Source: a virus
Length of the DNA stretch: 64,000 bases
Direction: 5' to 3' (one strand)
Virus record (IMG/VR): IMGVR_UViG_3300049489_001303
Coordinates: 106,145 to 170,144 of that record
Part shown: one piece after another, positions 26,701 to 37,176 of the stretch
Layout of the letters: every line of letters begins with the position of its first letter
Numbering within the stretch: position 1 is the first letter of the stretch
Notes under the pieces: generated by a model
The model's database searches: none
What the model saw: only the letters and a program-made list of their open reading frames with translations
Told to the model about the DNA's origin: nothing
Made by a program: the position numbers and the translations under genes

Positions 26701-29155
26701 CAAATGTAAACTTAGTCGGATCATAGAACCAGAGTTTATTACTAAACTCAGCTTGCAATAATGCAGCTTCAACTATTGAAGGATCTCCAAGATTAGATGT
26801 TGGTATACCGTTATTTCTTAAAATAAGTCTATGGGCAGATAGCGTTCTATCACTATTTGACCCATTGGCCAGCACTGTATCCAACGTATTATTGGTATTC
26901 AGCAACGTCGAAAGACTCGTGAGTCCTGTTCCGCCATTTGCGACAGGCAATGTGCCAGTGACGCCTGGGGTTATGTTCGCAGTTCCATCAAAAGAGGCGG
27001 CGGAAGTAGAGGCTAGGTTAGTCTGTATAGTACGGGCGTTGGTAAGTTTTGTAGCGTTGGCTGCATTGCCCGAAGCGTTCACGGCAGTGCCAGCGTTGGT
27101 TGCGTAGGTGGCTGTAGTGTTGTCTACACAGACTGCTTCGTTCGTTATCCCGGTTTCACTTGTGATAAAAGAAAGAGTCCAGTCAGAGTCAGTTAATGTG
27201 GATGCTCCAAAATGTGAGTGCCTTACATTGTCTACAGTTATGAATGGATAGCTCCATACGGTAGCCGTACTCCCAATAAGGGCGCAATTATTTGTTCCAT
27301 CATGCGCTAAACGGACAGTAAGTTCTCTTTTGCCGCTACGCACAAAATAAAAATTGACCCATCCAGGGGCTCCACTATAGTTGTAGCCTGTTATGGTGTA
27401 TACAGTATTGCCATTAACTCCGTAGTCGTACAACGTAACATCGAACGTTATCATGGAACTGTTCCATGTTATGGGCATTACTATTTTTAACGTTCCAGTA
27501 ACTGCTGGATTATTTTGACGAATAGCACCGACAACATCTCTGTATATAAAGGCGTTGGCACCTGGGAGATAGCTGTATTGCTTTTTAGCCGCACCTATTT
27601 CTGCTAGGGTGTAGGCTACATTGGCGCTACCATTGAAAGACTTTCCTGTGTCCCCGATAGTGATCGTTCTGCCTGTAGCTAATACCGTGGCTGATCCAGC
27701 ATTGCCTACTAAATTCGCTTCCCAAGTTAGCACCCCAGCAGAGGCCCCTGCTGTTAAGACTTTCCCTGAATTGGTTGTTCCGGTGGCAAGAACATGCAGG
27801 TTGCCATCGGTGGTTGGGTGCACGTAGTTGTTTGCGTTGGTGGCAATCCCATCTAATTTCGTTATCTGAGTTGCAGTAGCTAATCCGCTTTGGGAAGCTG
27901 TCGCATCCCTGATAATGTCGCCGCCACCGGTAACGTGGCTTGAAGCATGCGCTGAGGGAGTTCTTGCATTTGATAGTCTGCTGTCATCTCCGACGCAAGC
28001 AGTAGACGAAGTGGCACCATATGCCACTGAAATAGTCTTGGCTGCTGAACCATCGAAAGTGGTTCCTGAACTGACTGTGATCCCAGTGCTGAAGGTAAGG
28101 GCATTAGCCACTGAGTTAGCCGCGCCTCCGGCTGATGAGGATCCTGCATAACTATGCGTATGGTTTCCTGCCGCAAAATCAGTAGCTCCAGTACCGAATG
28201 CTCCGACAGTTAAAACTCCAGATGTACCGGTCTTCACTGGGAGACCGGCCGTAGAACCTATTGCCCCAGCATTGGATATATTTCCATGCGTATGGGATGT
28301 CGGTACTCTTGCATCAGACAATCTTACGTCGTTGCCTGCACACGCCGTACCTGCGGTGGTGCCCAAGTTATAAGACGGGGAATAATCGACTAGCCCAGTC
28401 ACCCCTGTATAGGTTGCAGATGCTGCTGCGACCGTAACGTTAGCCGGATCTGTCAATACGCTTATAGTTATTCTGGCAGTGCCTACTGTGGAGCCAAGCG
28501 TCCTTCTTATTCTGAATAAGGCTACGTTAGTTGTTACCTTCACATCCACTTCAAAGTCATTGGATGAATAAGCTCCAGTAGAATTTGAAGGTATCACTCT
28601 TTGCCAAACTCCGCTGGTCTTATCGTAATTTATGGGGCACGAATACTGCTTCACCGTGGCGAACGCCGTGTCATGAACTGCTACGCTGATATCTAGTCCA
28701 ACAGATAAATTGGAGATAGTGACTGATGCAAAATCTATTGCGCTGTCTAATACCGTAGGTACTGCAACTGAATAACTGGTAGTTCCTACCGCTGTTCTTG
28801 CGTCAGACAATCTTGTGTCGTTACCCTGGCAGAATGTATTTACCGCTGTACCAAAAGACCCAGCCTGAACAATTCCACCTGTACCAGTTATCAATGGGAG
28901 ATTCGCAGTTGTTCCTACAAGACCACCGTTGGTGATATTCCCATGAACGTGTGCCGTTGGGGTTCTCGGGTCCGACAACCGCGCATCATTGCCTACACAC
29001 GCCGTTGATCCATCGGTTCCGAAGCCCGGAAAGCTCACACCCTTGTCTGTCCACTCAGTATCGAGATCCGCCGCCGTCTTCTTCGACAACACCTTTCCAG
29101 CGTCACCTCCAAGCGGAAGCCCGTTTATGCCCTCTGGAAATACTGTTTTACCCAT
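23789..29155 (-). CDS. Long tail fibre with repeated modules, HxH motifs and two knob-like domains
   Basis: 1788 aa. Repeated CxGxDxRLSxxR, NHTH/SHTH motifs, and two 'ASDW.TNEWYVR..N..W..W.K.WH' domains. Confidence 0.85.
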   Translation of the reverse strand: MGKTVFPEGINGLPLGGDAGKVLSKKTAADLDTEWTDKGVSFPGFGTDGSTACVGNDARLSDPRTPTAHVHGNITNGGLVGTTANLPLITGTGGIVQAGSFGTAVNTFCQGNDTRLSDARTAVGTTSYSVAVPTVLDSAIDFASVTISNLSVGLDISVAVHDTAFATVKQYSCPINYDKTSGVWQRVIPSNSTGAYSSNDFEVDVKVTTNVALFRIRRTLGSTVGTARITISVLTDPANVTVAAASATYTGVTGLVDYSPSYNLGTTAGTACAGNDVRLSDARVPTSHTHGNISNAGAIGSTAGLPVKTGTSGVLTVGAFGTGATDFAAGNHTHSYAGSSSAGGAANSVANALTFSTGITVSSGTTFDGSAAKTISVAYGATSSTACVGDDSRLSNARTPSAHASSHVTGGGDIIRDATASQSGLATATQITKLDGIATNANNYVHPTTDGNLHVLATGTTNSGKVLTAGASAGVLTWEANLVGNAGSATVLATGRTITIGDTGKSFNGSANVAYTLAEIGAAKKQYSYLPGANAFIYRDVVGAIRQNNPAVTGTLKIVMPITWNSSMITFDVTLYDYGVNGNTVYTITGYNYSGAPGWVNFYFVRSGKRELTVRLAHDGTNNCALIGSTATVWSYPFITVDNVRHSHFGASTLTDSDWTLSFITSETGITNEAVCVDNTTATYATNAGTAVNASGNAANATKLTNARTIQTNLASTSAASFDGTANITPGVTGTLPVANGGTGLTSLSTLLNTNNTLDTVLANGSNSDRTLSAHRLILRNNGIPTSNLGDPSIVEAALLQAEFSNKLWFYDPTKFTFEYTMNGTDWITDTVPTTAKIKNFTTGLNSSNVGIIPTAAISYRIRIAASSYFSVSMAYFYVDGGGHQMKVHVNRKNNVGTWVAVTADNTAPYMASPGHYFVQFPAVWLIPVPTYVGHSTDIEFVFTPTWASAGAIGFLSMEMWGGYPAGNRNIFTWDSDKNVTYPANLVGTALYEGANRVYSTNNNNIGTGATNYAAGNHTHNYLSNAYLGGQTLAEADNADNAGITTYYLSSSSGTKPPGTDHALLTLNYSAAWSSQMASDWRTNEWYVRVQNNTVWTAWSKLWHSTNLTAGTGSTNFCAGDDSRLSNSRTPTAHAASHITGDTIQSATASQPGLATAAQITKLDGIATNANNYVHPTGDGNLHVPVNGTGNTGKVLTAGSVAGTYTWETPSGGVPVGSAQYQLLVTNATPFGSTWTNALNLVGASGLNSLSYASASFVKMTGANQFALDTNTYSTTSHTHTLQNVYTAGSTATITSANENTSISNTVAVNVGNNPVDGTGIALLEYKTTAHNSETILNIKSYQYTAEFSLENNYYAIKSGVRAKSYYATGTTVNYSELYLTDAPSSAYIRVERDDAITNSDDNHTRATINAGELLFNDGNLSAAIKFSDSSNTALATTNKTIVGSINEVRSTAGGLVSFPGFGTSHVTAAYGDHTHAYQPSDAGLTSLAGLTYTAAAFVKYTGADTFTLDTNTYSISTHTHNYAGSSSAGGAANSVANALTFSTGITVSSGTTFDGSAAKTISVAYGTSSTTACVGDDSRLSNARTPSAHALIDTTGHSVSGLTTGHFLKATGATTYAFGAHGLTYTDVGAAASSHTHAYLSNAYLALLADANDGAATGITAYYTGSTNKPPGTTHTLLTLAYNASFATQIASDWATNEWYVRTDNGAVWTSWRKIWHDGNLVAGTGATNFAAGNHTHSDATISVAGFMSAADKTKVEQLSISTYKLTIASTAPTVGVLTGDIWIDNG

Positions 29156-29162
29156 TTAGCAC

Positions 29163-30776
29163 CTACACCACGAAACTTATTCTGGTTGCATGTATTCTAA
29201 AATCAGCCAAGCCAATGTAGCCACCACCCTGATACGTATTGACCTTGAACCTGTAATATCTGTAGTTGGCTTCTGAATCTAAATTAAAACAAACTTGCGC
29301 CCATATTCCCCTGTATACTTGGTAGTAATTACCAACTGTCCCTCGTGTTACACCGGACATGTCAGTTACCGTATCTAAAGCAGTCCAATTTGTACCATCA
29401 TTCGAACCGTCAAACGTCCACCCTGTAGGGGATCTTAGACCGTAATTATCAATAGACCAAGGAGCAAAGCTGTAAGAGTTTACTACTGTTGCTGCTCCGA
29501 AATCGTACTTTATCCAAGCATCAGTAGGATTACTGTTGGCCGTCAACCATCCGGCTGATGTTTGATTCATGGCAGCCCAAGCCATAGTACCTGCATTATA
29601 TGCTGAACCCTCGCTGGCAACACCTGAAGGATCTGTATTGCTTGTCATTTGGGGGATCAAGTTGGTAGGAAGATCCACTCCAGATCCACCACTCTGATCC
29701 ACCCACTCAGTATCGAGATCTGCGGCCGTTTTCTTTGCCAGAACCTGACCTGCGTCCCCGCCCAGCGGAATGCCACCGACACCCCCACCACTACCATCAA
29801 CACCTGTTGCGTACCGTATGCCGCTCGCCGTCCAGCCGCTCGTCGCCGCTGTTGCGAGCAATTGAACATTCCCGAGCGCGGCGGTCATCGTCACCGAGAA
29901 CACAATATCTGCTGTCGGATCTCCGAGATCTACGCTTTTCTCAGAGCGGAAGCTCACTGTCCCAGCGCTGTCGTCCCACGCGGCGTTCACCGTGTACTCC
30001 GTCAGCGCGTTGCTCTTCATCAGAAAGAGGTGCCATACAGCTTTCCCATCCCCGTTGGGATTGAAAAAGTCTACGATAGTTGTGGGGGAATTCACCGTAA
30101 CATCTGAAATCTCGGTCCACATGCTATCCCCGGTGGCTCCGGTTGCGCCTGTGGGACCCGTAGCTCCGGTGGCACCATCGGCGCCATCAACGCCGGTGGC
30201 TCCGGTGGGGCCTGTTGCTCCGGTGGCTCCAGTGGGGCCTGTAGCTCCGGTTGGTCCGTCAGCGCCATCAGCGCCGGTGGCTCCTGTGGGGCCTGTAGCA
30301 CCTGGGAGACCCGGCGTTCCAGGGTCACCCGTGGGGCCTGTTGCTCCGGTTGCTCCTGTAGGTCCGTCAGCGCCATCAACTCCGGTGGGTCCCGTCGCTC
30401 CTGTTGCGCCATCAACTCCTGTGGCTCCGGTGGCTCCTGTGGGTCCGTCAGCGCCGGTGGGTCCGGTGGGACCTGCAGGCCCAGTGGGACCCGTGGGACC
30501 TGTAACACCTTCACCTCCGCCACCATACTGCCAGCCATCTGCCGTTGTCACGCGGATGGGGCGCCAGTAGCAGCCGTAAGCGGGGTGGACTTTCCAGCCG
30601 GCGGTGTCCAAGTCTGCTTTGTCTGTAGCTGAGACGTGGTGGTACGCCACCTCTGGCACCATCACGCCGTTGGGGCATGTAGCGAGGGGGCGGCTGGCGT
30701 GGAAATCCGAGTCTGTGGAATTGGCATATCCCTTCAGAATATCCAGGCCGGCAATGACATCAGTGAGGATGCTCAT
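29163..30776 (-). CDS. Collagen-like fibre protein with C-terminal discoidin (F5/8-type)-like domain
   Basis: Long G-[PA]-T/GAD run; '[38 protein letters not shown]'. Confidence 0.85.
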   Translation of the reverse strand: MSILTDVIAGLDILKGYANSTDSDFHASRPLATCPNGVMVPEVAYHHVSATDKADLDTAGWKVHPAYGCYWRPIRVTTADGWQYGGGGEGVTGPTGPTGPAGPTGPTGADGPTGATGATGVDGATGATGPTGVDGADGPTGATGATGPTGDPGTPGLPGATGPTGATGADGADGPTGATGPTGATGATGPTGATGVDGADGATGATGPTGATGATGDSMWTEISDVTVNSPTTIVDFFNPNGDGKAVWHLFLMKSNALTEYTVNAAWDDSAGTVSFRSEKSVDLGDPTADIVFSVTMTAALGNVQLLATAATSGWTASGIRYATGVDGSGGGVGGIPLGGDAGQVLAKKTAADLDTEWVDQSGGSGVDLPTNLIPQMTSNTDPSGVASEGSAYNAGTMAWAAMNQTSAGWLTANSNPTDAWIKYDFGAATVVNSYSFAPWSIDNYGLRSPTGWTFDGSNDGTNWTALDTVTDMSGVTRGTVGNYYQVYRGIWAQVCFNLDSEANYRYYRFKVNTYQGGGYIGLADFRIHATRISFVV

Positions 30777-30779
30777 AGT

Positions 30780-30995
30780 TTATCCCACCGTAGAGAAAAT
30801 CAGGCCATAGAGCTTATCGAACTTCCAACCAGCGTCCTGCAGGGATAACTGTTCTGCTTTACTGAATTCTGACTTCTTCTTCGCAACATAGATGAGATAG
30901 CCCTGCACATTGAGTGTGGTGTTCGGGAACTTAACATTGATGATGTTAAGTCCTACAAGGCAATTCTCGATCATGTTTGCGTGGGAGATGGTCAT
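30780..30995 (-). CDS. Small protein homologous to the N-terminal domain of 29163-30776
   Basis: GLNII..S.AE...LQDAGWK.DKLYG vs GLDIL..S.TD...LDTAGWK.HPAYG. Confidence 0.55.
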   Translation of the reverse strand: MTISHANMIENCLVGLNIINVKFPNTTLNVQGYLIYVAKKKSEFSKAEQLSLQDAGWKFDKLYGLIFSTVG

Positions 30996-31030
30996 TACTC
31001 AAACCAAAATCCTTTTATCGCCATCAGGCG

Positions 31031-31942
31031 TTACGGTAAATCTATGTAATCCACGCGGCCCAATAGTCCCGTGATCTGTGCACATCCTGCAAGCGCGATT
31101 TTGAGCCCTTTGTCTGCGACGATAGTCAACAGATCCATGACCGAAAAATAACTACCAGCACCACTGGCTCTGTAATATCCGCCGCCGGTCGTGAGTACAT
31201 TCCCGCCGACAACAAGCGCATTTGTTTTCACAATTTCAGGCGTGCCGCTGTTGTTCGGATAGTTCAGAATGTGCAGAGTTTTTACCGCGCCGAGCAATCC
31301 GCCTTGCTGATCTTGAGCGTTGTACAGATTGAGGTCGCACTGATAATATCCCGACGCCGTTGCACTCCACGAAAGAGACTCCACTGTAAAACCGGTATCG
31401 TCCGCCGCAGATACGGCCATATCGACACCGGCATACGCGCCTCCGACGATGGTTATCAAATCCCCATTAGCCAGCTTGCATCCTGGTACCGCAAATCGCG
31501 GCTTACCGCCCGAGTCAGACACTGACTCAAAACGCCCTCTAAATTCTCGCGGTGATTCCCATGCGCTGCGAGCGATGTTGTAAAGCTTCGTTCCACCTTC
31601 GCTCGGGTCGGACGATGACGACGCGGCGGCAATGACCGCCCACGTTCCGTCTACAGAACCTCCCGCAGCAATAATGTACTGGGCCGTCTCATCTGCCGCT
31701 ACCGTCCCCAGCGTCGTGGGGGTTACCGTTGTAACAGTCACCGACTTGGTACTTGCGTTCACAAACTGATAACCAGCCTCTCCAACCGATAACTTAGTAG
31801 CGTCCGGCAGCACAAAAGAGTCTCCCTCCGCGGTTCCCGTTATTACAATGGTTCCAGCATCATTGACTGTAAGCGTATGGGTTGTGCTTCCAACAGTGGC
31901 TATGGTGCTCACTCTGTTCGCATAGTTCTTAACAACAGTCAT
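31031..31942 (-). CDS. Fibre-associated structural protein
   Basis: 303 aa, Thr/Gly/Val-rich; 'FVLPDAT..YQFVNAS..VTV' fibre-type segment. Confidence 0.55.
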   Translation of the reverse strand: MTVVKNYANRVSTIATVGSTTHTLTVNDAGTIVITGTAEGDSFVLPDATKLSVGEAGYQFVNASTKSVTVTTVTPTTLGTVAADETAQYIIAAGGSVDGTWAVIAAASSSSDPSEGGTKLYNIARSAWESPREFRGRFESVSDSGGKPRFAVPGCKLANGDLITIVGGAYAGVDMAVSAADDTGFTVESLSWSATASGYYQCDLNLYNAQDQQGGLLGAVKTLHILNYPNNSGTPEIVKTNALVVGGNVLTTGGGYYRASGAGSYFSVMDLLTIVADKGLKIALAGCAQITGLLGRVDYIDLP

Positions 31943-31943
31943 A

Positions 31944-32678
31944 TCAGTTCATCCTTCTCCACGGCTTGGTGCCGTCTTCAGTCATTGTGGATTTCTCGCC
32001 TATCAAAGCGATCTTAACGATAGCGTGCTCCACCACGTAAGCATAGCCCTTCGCGATCCCGGGCACAAGCGTGCCGAAGTCCTGCTTGTAGTCCTTAAAG
32101 CACACCGACCACCACTGCACGTCGCAGGGGTAGTACATTGGGAACTGAGCCTTCAGGGCTTTGCGGGCGCCTTCGAGGGTGATCACGTAGCCGTAGTTGC
32201 CACCGCCGTAGGTCAGGTGGCCCTGGCTATCCGTAGACATGTTGGGATAGGCGGCGTCCCGCCCCTGGAGAAACAGCACATCGGCGTCTGCGGGGAAGCC
32301 GCCCTGCAGCCCCACGGACTCCTCGAAGGTGTTGTGAAAGTGCTCTGTAAGATCGATGTCATCCTCGAGCACCACAGTGCAAGGGATCTCATTGTCAACG
32401 ATGTGCTGCCATGCAGCGCGGTGGCCGAGAGCACAGCCAATCTCTGTGGGGATGAGGGGGAACCAGTGAACGTCACCCATGACGCCAGAGTCTTTGAGCG
32501 CTTCCATATCTGCAAAGTTCCAGAGGGGCCGGCCAGTGGCGTCTTCGCCCGGAGCCTGCCAGGGACGACCGTCCACGCCTTCGATGCGCGTAAAGGTGGG
32601 GAGCATAGCAACCATGTGCTCAAGACGCTCAGGAGAACGCTCAAGGTTGATCACCAGTATGGGCCAGTCAGACATCAT
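31944..32678 (-). CDS. Glycosyltransferase family 25
   Basis: VINLERSPER, IEGVDG, EIGCALGH..W, VLEDD and GYVIT.EGA.K motifs. Confidence 0.9.
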   Translation of the reverse strand: MMSDWPILVINLERSPERLEHMVAMLPTFTRIEGVDGRPWQAPGEDATGRPLWNFADMEALKDSGVMGDVHWFPLIPTEIGCALGHRAAWQHIVDNEIPCTVVLEDDIDLTEHFHNTFEESVGLQGGFPADADVLFLQGRDAAYPNMSTDSQGHLTYGGGNYGYVITLEGARKALKAQFPMYYPCDVQWWSVCFKDYKQDFGTLVPGIAKGYAYVVEHAIVKIALIGEKSTMTEDGTKPWRRMN

Positions 32679-35600
32679 GTCGGGGCAACCTCATGGCCGT
32701 TAGATGTGATCTCAGGACCGTAGGTGTAGCACTGCCACGTGACGATCTCAGCAGAGCTGCCTGTTGCAGTGATTCGGAATAGGGAACCTACCATAGACAC
32801 TACAATATCCCAATCAGCCTCTGTGCCGCTTGACGTGGAATCCAGAATCTCATATTTCGGGGTTCCCACAATGGCGCCGTTCGTGACCGTAGTTGTAACC
32901 TCCCAGGACTTGGCCCGAGCGCCGTCGGGGTTGGTTGCGATCACCAGTGTGCGAAGTACATACGCATGATACGTCTGCAGCGTTAACTCAATAGAGTTGT
33001 CCGCACCGTCCATATACAGGATCTTCTGATAGGACGCCGTGGTGGGCGTGGCTCCTGAGTGTGGGATCATACCCAGATTCTGACCACCGCCAGAATATAG
33101 CCAGGCATCCGACCCGACCATAGCGGCGCTGGCGCGGGTGGGGTGTCCGCCCGAATTGATGTGCATATATCCTCGGCCCTTGGCATAGCCCAACACACCG
33201 GTCATAAAGATGCCCTTGGTACCGGAGGTGATCAAATTTTTGCTGCCCAGGATGGTGCTACCTGCTGTGGCGTTGGCGGTGTTGTAACGCCCCGCTATGA
33301 ACGTGTCGCTGCTGGCGAGCAGCATCTGATTCGTGAAGCCGAAAGCTGTGCAGTATGTGGAGTTTCCTGTAGAACTGTTGGAGGCACCGCGGAGGGTGTT
33401 ATAGGCATTAAGCCCTGCCACACCTACACCCGTGTGAGTGACAACATTGCCGTCCCCCAACACCACATGCCAGTTACCTGACGTAACGTTGTTGTCGCCC
33501 ACGATCAGAGACTTCGTGGTGGCGTACGTAGCCGCGGTGTTGGTGTTTGTGGAGCCGAGGATGACGTTGTAAGTAGCTCCGGAGGCCAGGGTATTAGACT
33601 TTCCGCCTATCAAACAGTATGAATTGCCTTGTGGCAGGGTGTTAGACTCCCCAAAAACCAACGTGTAGTCAGATTGCCCCGTAGTGAACGTGTGCGACTT
33701 TCCAAACACCGTGATATAGCTGTGAGGGTGCGACCCCAGGAGCTGGTGGTCGGAGCCACTGACCAAGCAATACTGCGACTGAAAGCCTATTGTATGCCTA
33801 GCGCCCAATAACACGTTATGTGAAGAACCACCGGCATTAACTGTAAAGGTGTGGGTCTGCCCCTGTAGAAGGGTATAGGTAATACTGGCGTTGAGGCTAA
33901 GGGCGTACCCCAGCAACACATTGTAGCTGCTACCGCCCCCTACGATGCTATTATCACGCCCACTGATCAGGTTGTATACCGCCGTACCAGATAGTGCACA
34001 GTTCCGCCCTAACAGGCTGTTGTGGGTGCACCCACCCGCCGAGATTGTGTGACCTTCCCCCGTTAGAAAGCTATATGCAGCACCTCCAGCGGTAATTGAA
34101 TGGCTCTTCCCGGCCAGCAGGTTATGTGTGAAGCTATCTGATGCGCCTGTGACACTGTGGGCCTCACCTATTACGCCATTGTGGGTTACCCCTCCCACGT
34201 TAAAAACATGCGACGCACCGGACACCAGGTTGTGTGTCATACCTCCAGAAACGCTTGCCCCGGTGTGTTGGTGCCCCACTATGAGATTGTTAAGGCTTTG
34301 CTGCGCCGAAAAATCGTGGGAACTACCAAATAGTGCATTGTACGGGCTGTTAGGCCCCAGCTTATGCTCTTGACCGCCTAGCACATTAAAGCTGCACGAG
34401 ACGCCGAGTGTGTGTACAACACCTGAGATGCTGGAGAAATTGCAACCAGCACCTATCACATGACTAAGCCCGGTAATCGAAGCGTACGAGATGCCCGAGG
34501 CCGCGGTATGTCCTTGCCCTGCAATAAAGTTACCGACGGAGGGACCTCCTGAAGCGACAACGGTATGACTGTACCCCGCGATCAAGTTACCTGTACCCCA
34601 TCCAGCAGCATTTGACTGTCCCAGAATAGCGTTGTAATTGCTATACGCCGCCAGCGTATTTCCAGACCCAGCCACAAGGTTAGCACGACAGTCGTCCCCC
34701 ACTTCATGGCTACTGCCCATCAATACAGTGTGGTTACAGCGTCCCGCAGACGTTCCCATGGCATTATCACTGCCCAACACCACAGAAAACTCACTACCCT
34801 TGACAGTGTTGGATTGCCCCCCGATCACACTGAATAAAGTCCCCGCACCTATGGTATTCCCCTGACCAGAAATCAAGTTGTGTGTGGTAATTGCCTCTAC
34901 CGTGTGCCCCTCACCCGCAACCAGGGTAAAGGATGCCCCTGTGCCCAGCGTCGTGTTATATCCAAACACCGCCGTGTGATCTACTGCCCCGATAACGTTC
35001 TTACCGCCAGCCACAATGGTGTTGTTGCTGTAGTAATCAAGGCTGTTGTAGTAGAATGGGTGTGTGCTGATGCTGACCAGGTTGCTCAGGTTGTTGCCGT
35101 AAGTTCTGAGGCCGACGGCGGGAACCCATTCAACAGCGTCAATAGTCAGCGGATTTACCGTGCTAGTGCGCCAGAAAGTACCACCATATACATTCCCGTT
35201 CATCACATACGTGGTAGCTCCCAGCTGCGCTCCCGCCAGCACGAGCACCCTGTTCAAAACGAAAGGTGTCGTGGCTGAACCCAAGTCACCTATCTGCCAG
35301 ATGCCCGCGTGATCCCCGCTGGCCCCTATAATCAGAATATTCTGATCCTCCACAAGATCTGTTATCCCGTCGAGGGCTTCGTCATTCAAGCTTCCGTCAG
35401 CTGTGGCCGTAAACACGTCACCCACCAATGTGCCCGCTGGAATACTTGTCCAGTCATCAACAGCTATGCGGCACGTAAAATCGTACACGCCCAGAAGACG
35501 CGCAGGCCAGGTGTCTACCCACCGCAACATAGCATCTACTTTGTACCAATAGCCCGGGTCCTGTCCCGGCTCTGAGTTGTCAAAGTAGGTCTCATTGAAC

Positions 35601-35920
35601 GCCGGGATGCTGAGATTACTGTTGGCCAGGGGGATACCCAGGTAGAGGACCTGGATGTCTTTCGTAGCAAGGCCCTCATCCACAGTGTAGCGCACCAGAT
35701 AACCGCCGGTGGTGTCCAGCGTCAGGGTGGCCGTCTGGGTCGTTGCATTGGTGAGTACCGAGGTGCACCCGATCGGCTCGCTTATAATCTCCCAAAGGTA
35801 GTTCGTCGCGGCGTACTGGCCTGAAAGTGTGATGGGGAGCGTGACCTGCAGATCTTTACGGGCTACGCCCCAGTCTCCAACGACGCCATCCTGTGTGATT
35901 CTGTATGTTGCTAGGGTCAT
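32675..35920 (-). CDS. Tail spike/fibre with long beta-roll (YadA-head-like) repeat region
   Basis: 1081 aa with dozens of ~15-16-aa N-x-x-x-G-x-x-[HN] repeats; N-terminal PKD-like segment. Confidence 0.75.
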   Translation of the reverse strand: MTLATYRITQDGVVGDWGVARKDLQVTLPITLSGQYAATNYLWEIISEPIGCTSVLTNATTQTATLTLDTTGGYLVRYTVDEGLATKDIQVLYLGIPLANSNLSIPAFNETYFDNSEPGQDPGYWYKVDAMLRWVDTWPARLLGVYDFTCRIAVDDWTSIPAGTLVGDVFTATADGSLNDEALDGITDLVEDQNILIIGASGDHAGIWQIGDLGSATTPFVLNRVLVLAGAQLGATTYVMNGNVYGGTFWRTSTVNPLTIDAVEWVPAVGLRTYGNNLSNLVSISTHPFYYNSLDYYSNNTIVAGGKNVIGAVDHTAVFGYNTTLGTGASFTLVAGEGHTVEAITTHNLISGQGNTIGAGTLFSVIGGQSNTVKGSEFSVVLGSDNAMGTSAGRCNHTVLMGSSHEVGDDCRANLVAGSGNTLAAYSNYNAILGQSNAAGWGTGNLIAGYSHTVVASGGPSVGNFIAGQGHTAASGISYASITGLSHVIGAGCNFSSISGVVHTLGVSCSFNVLGGQEHKLGPNSPYNALFGSSHDFSAQQSLNNLIVGHQHTGASVSGGMTHNLVSGASHVFNVGGVTHNGVIGEAHSVTGASDSFTHNLLAGKSHSITAGGAAYSFLTGEGHTISAGGCTHNSLLGRNCALSGTAVYNLISGRDNSIVGGGSSYNVLLGYALSLNASITYTLLQGQTHTFTVNAGGSSHNVLLGARHTIGFQSQYCLVSGSDHQLLGSHPHSYITVFGKSHTFTTGQSDYTLVFGESNTLPQGNSYCLIGGKSNTLASGATYNVILGSTNTNTAATYATTKSLIVGDNNVTSGNWHVVLGDGNVVTHTGVGVAGLNAYNTLRGASNSSTGNSTYCTAFGFTNQMLLASSDTFIAGRYNTANATAGSTILGSKNLITSGTKGIFMTGVLGYAKGRGYMHINSGGHPTRASAAMVGSDAWLYSGGGQNLGMIPHSGATPTTASYQKILYMDGADNSIELTLQTYHAYVLRTLVIATNPDGARAKSWEVTTTVTNGAIVGTPKYEILDSTSSGTEADWDIVVSMVGSLFRITATGSSAEIVTWQCYTYGPEITSNGHEVAPT

Positions 35921-35944
35921 TTGTATTCTTCCTTTAAGCTTTGC

Positions 35945-36952
35945 TTAAAATAAAGGCTCTGCCGTTAAATCCCGCTGGCCCCTATCGGCAATCTCATAAA
36001 TCGTGGGCTCCCTTACAATATCCGCAAGTGCGGCGACACCTGTGCCTGTAGACCCTGTATCCTGGGACGCCGTAGTGCTTTCGGCCTGTATCTGAGCCCA
36101 CGACTTAAGACCCTGTGTCGTTGGCAATGGGCTATTCGCCGTAGCTGCCCCCTCTGGCGTACCAGACTCCGTACCCGCGATAGTCAATACCGCCGCCGAG
36201 TCAGCTGGATCCGCCGGAGCATTGGCATTCGGGATGGCTGCTCCCAACTTGGCAGACTTCGTGGGGGGTGTAAGGCCACCGAGAGTTATTCGAATCTCCT
36301 TCACAAGGAGTGAGAAGCTGAAGCTGCAGGCCATCGGCATCTCCGCGGTGGTTGCCCATGAGAAGTTGGACATGGCACCGGTAACCATCAACGAGTCATA
36401 GGTGAGCCGTATGGTTTTTTTGTGACGTGCCAACTGAGATCCGCGGGCGAGGTCCCGGTAGGTACGGAACATGCTCATGGCCCAATCATCCTGAAACGTA
36501 TTGAGGAGGGTTCCCGTGTATTGGAAGATGGGGGGCGCCTGGCCGAAGAAATAGGCCACATAGTTGTCCGACAGGGTCTCGTGGATCTGCATGTTCTCAG
36601 AGAATCCCTGCTGGGCCACGTGCAAAAGAAAATCCACGTATCCATATCCGCCAGTCCCCGAGCCGTCGCCAGCCAGCACCGCCAGAATATCCTTAGTCTC
36701 CTGCTCCTCGAATCCAGCAACAAACTTGGCATACTCCGCGGCGTTAACATGCATGTACAGGCGTGCCGTCGTGTCCGTGTAGTCGGAATTACGCAGAGCG
36801 TGCTTCAGATGCTTGGGTGTCATCATCGGGAACGAAGAATATACACCCTGGGCTCGAGGATCGATAGCGGGAGACCCGTTAGTTCCCCGCACCGCCGCCG
36901 AAGATACTGTCGGGCTGCTGTTGCTTATCGGTACTGTGGTGGTCCCTGCCAT
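35945..36952 (-). CDS. Putative tail tube initiator/baseplate protein
   Basis: 'ENMQIHETLSDNYVAYFFGQAPPIFQYTGTLLN' and 'SFSFSLLV' tube-fold-like strands; downstream of the tape measure. Confidence 0.55.
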   Translation of the reverse strand: MAGTTTVPISNSSPTVSSAAVRGTNGSPAIDPRAQGVYSSFPMMTPKHLKHALRNSDYTDTTARLYMHVNAAEYAKFVAGFEEQETKDILAVLAGDGSGTGGYGYVDFLLHVAQQGFSENMQIHETLSDNYVAYFFGQAPPIFQYTGTLLNTFQDDWAMSMFRTYRDLARGSQLARHKKTIRLTYDSLMVTGAMSNFSWATTAEMPMACSFSFSLLVKEIRITLGGLTPPTKSAKLGAAIPNANAPADPADSAAVLTIAGTESGTPEGAATANSPLPTTQGLKSWAQIQAESTTASQDTGSTGTGVAALADIVREPTIYEIADRGQRDLTAEPLF

Positions 36953-36957
36953 TATGA

Positions 36958-37176
36958 TCAGCCCTTGGTAATATTCAGTTCAGTGTCTGATGGATACACC
37001 ATCATGGGCATGATACCGATCTCGTTAACCAACATATTTGCCCGTGTAACCAGTGGAGGCAGATACACCTCCGTGTCAAACCCTTTACGTACATTATAAA
37101 GGATGTTGCCGGTAACCGCCCGCAGAAAGTCGTCGGGCTGGGGGAGGATGTACTGTAATTCGCTTTCGGTTTTCAT
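36958..37176 (-). CDS. Hypothetical protein
   Basis: 72 aa; start overlaps the tape-measure stop. Confidence 0.55.
   Translation of the reverse strand: MKTESELQYILPQPDDFLRAVTGNILYNVRKGFDTEVYLPPLVTRANMLVNEIGIMPMMVYPSDTELNITKG

Noticed and set aside
24385-28160. Diversity-generating retroelement TR/VR pair or invertible shufflon in fibre genes
   Set aside because: The repeats are direct and in-frame, differ mostly at synonymous positions rather than only at adenines, and no reverse transcriptase or invertase is in the window.
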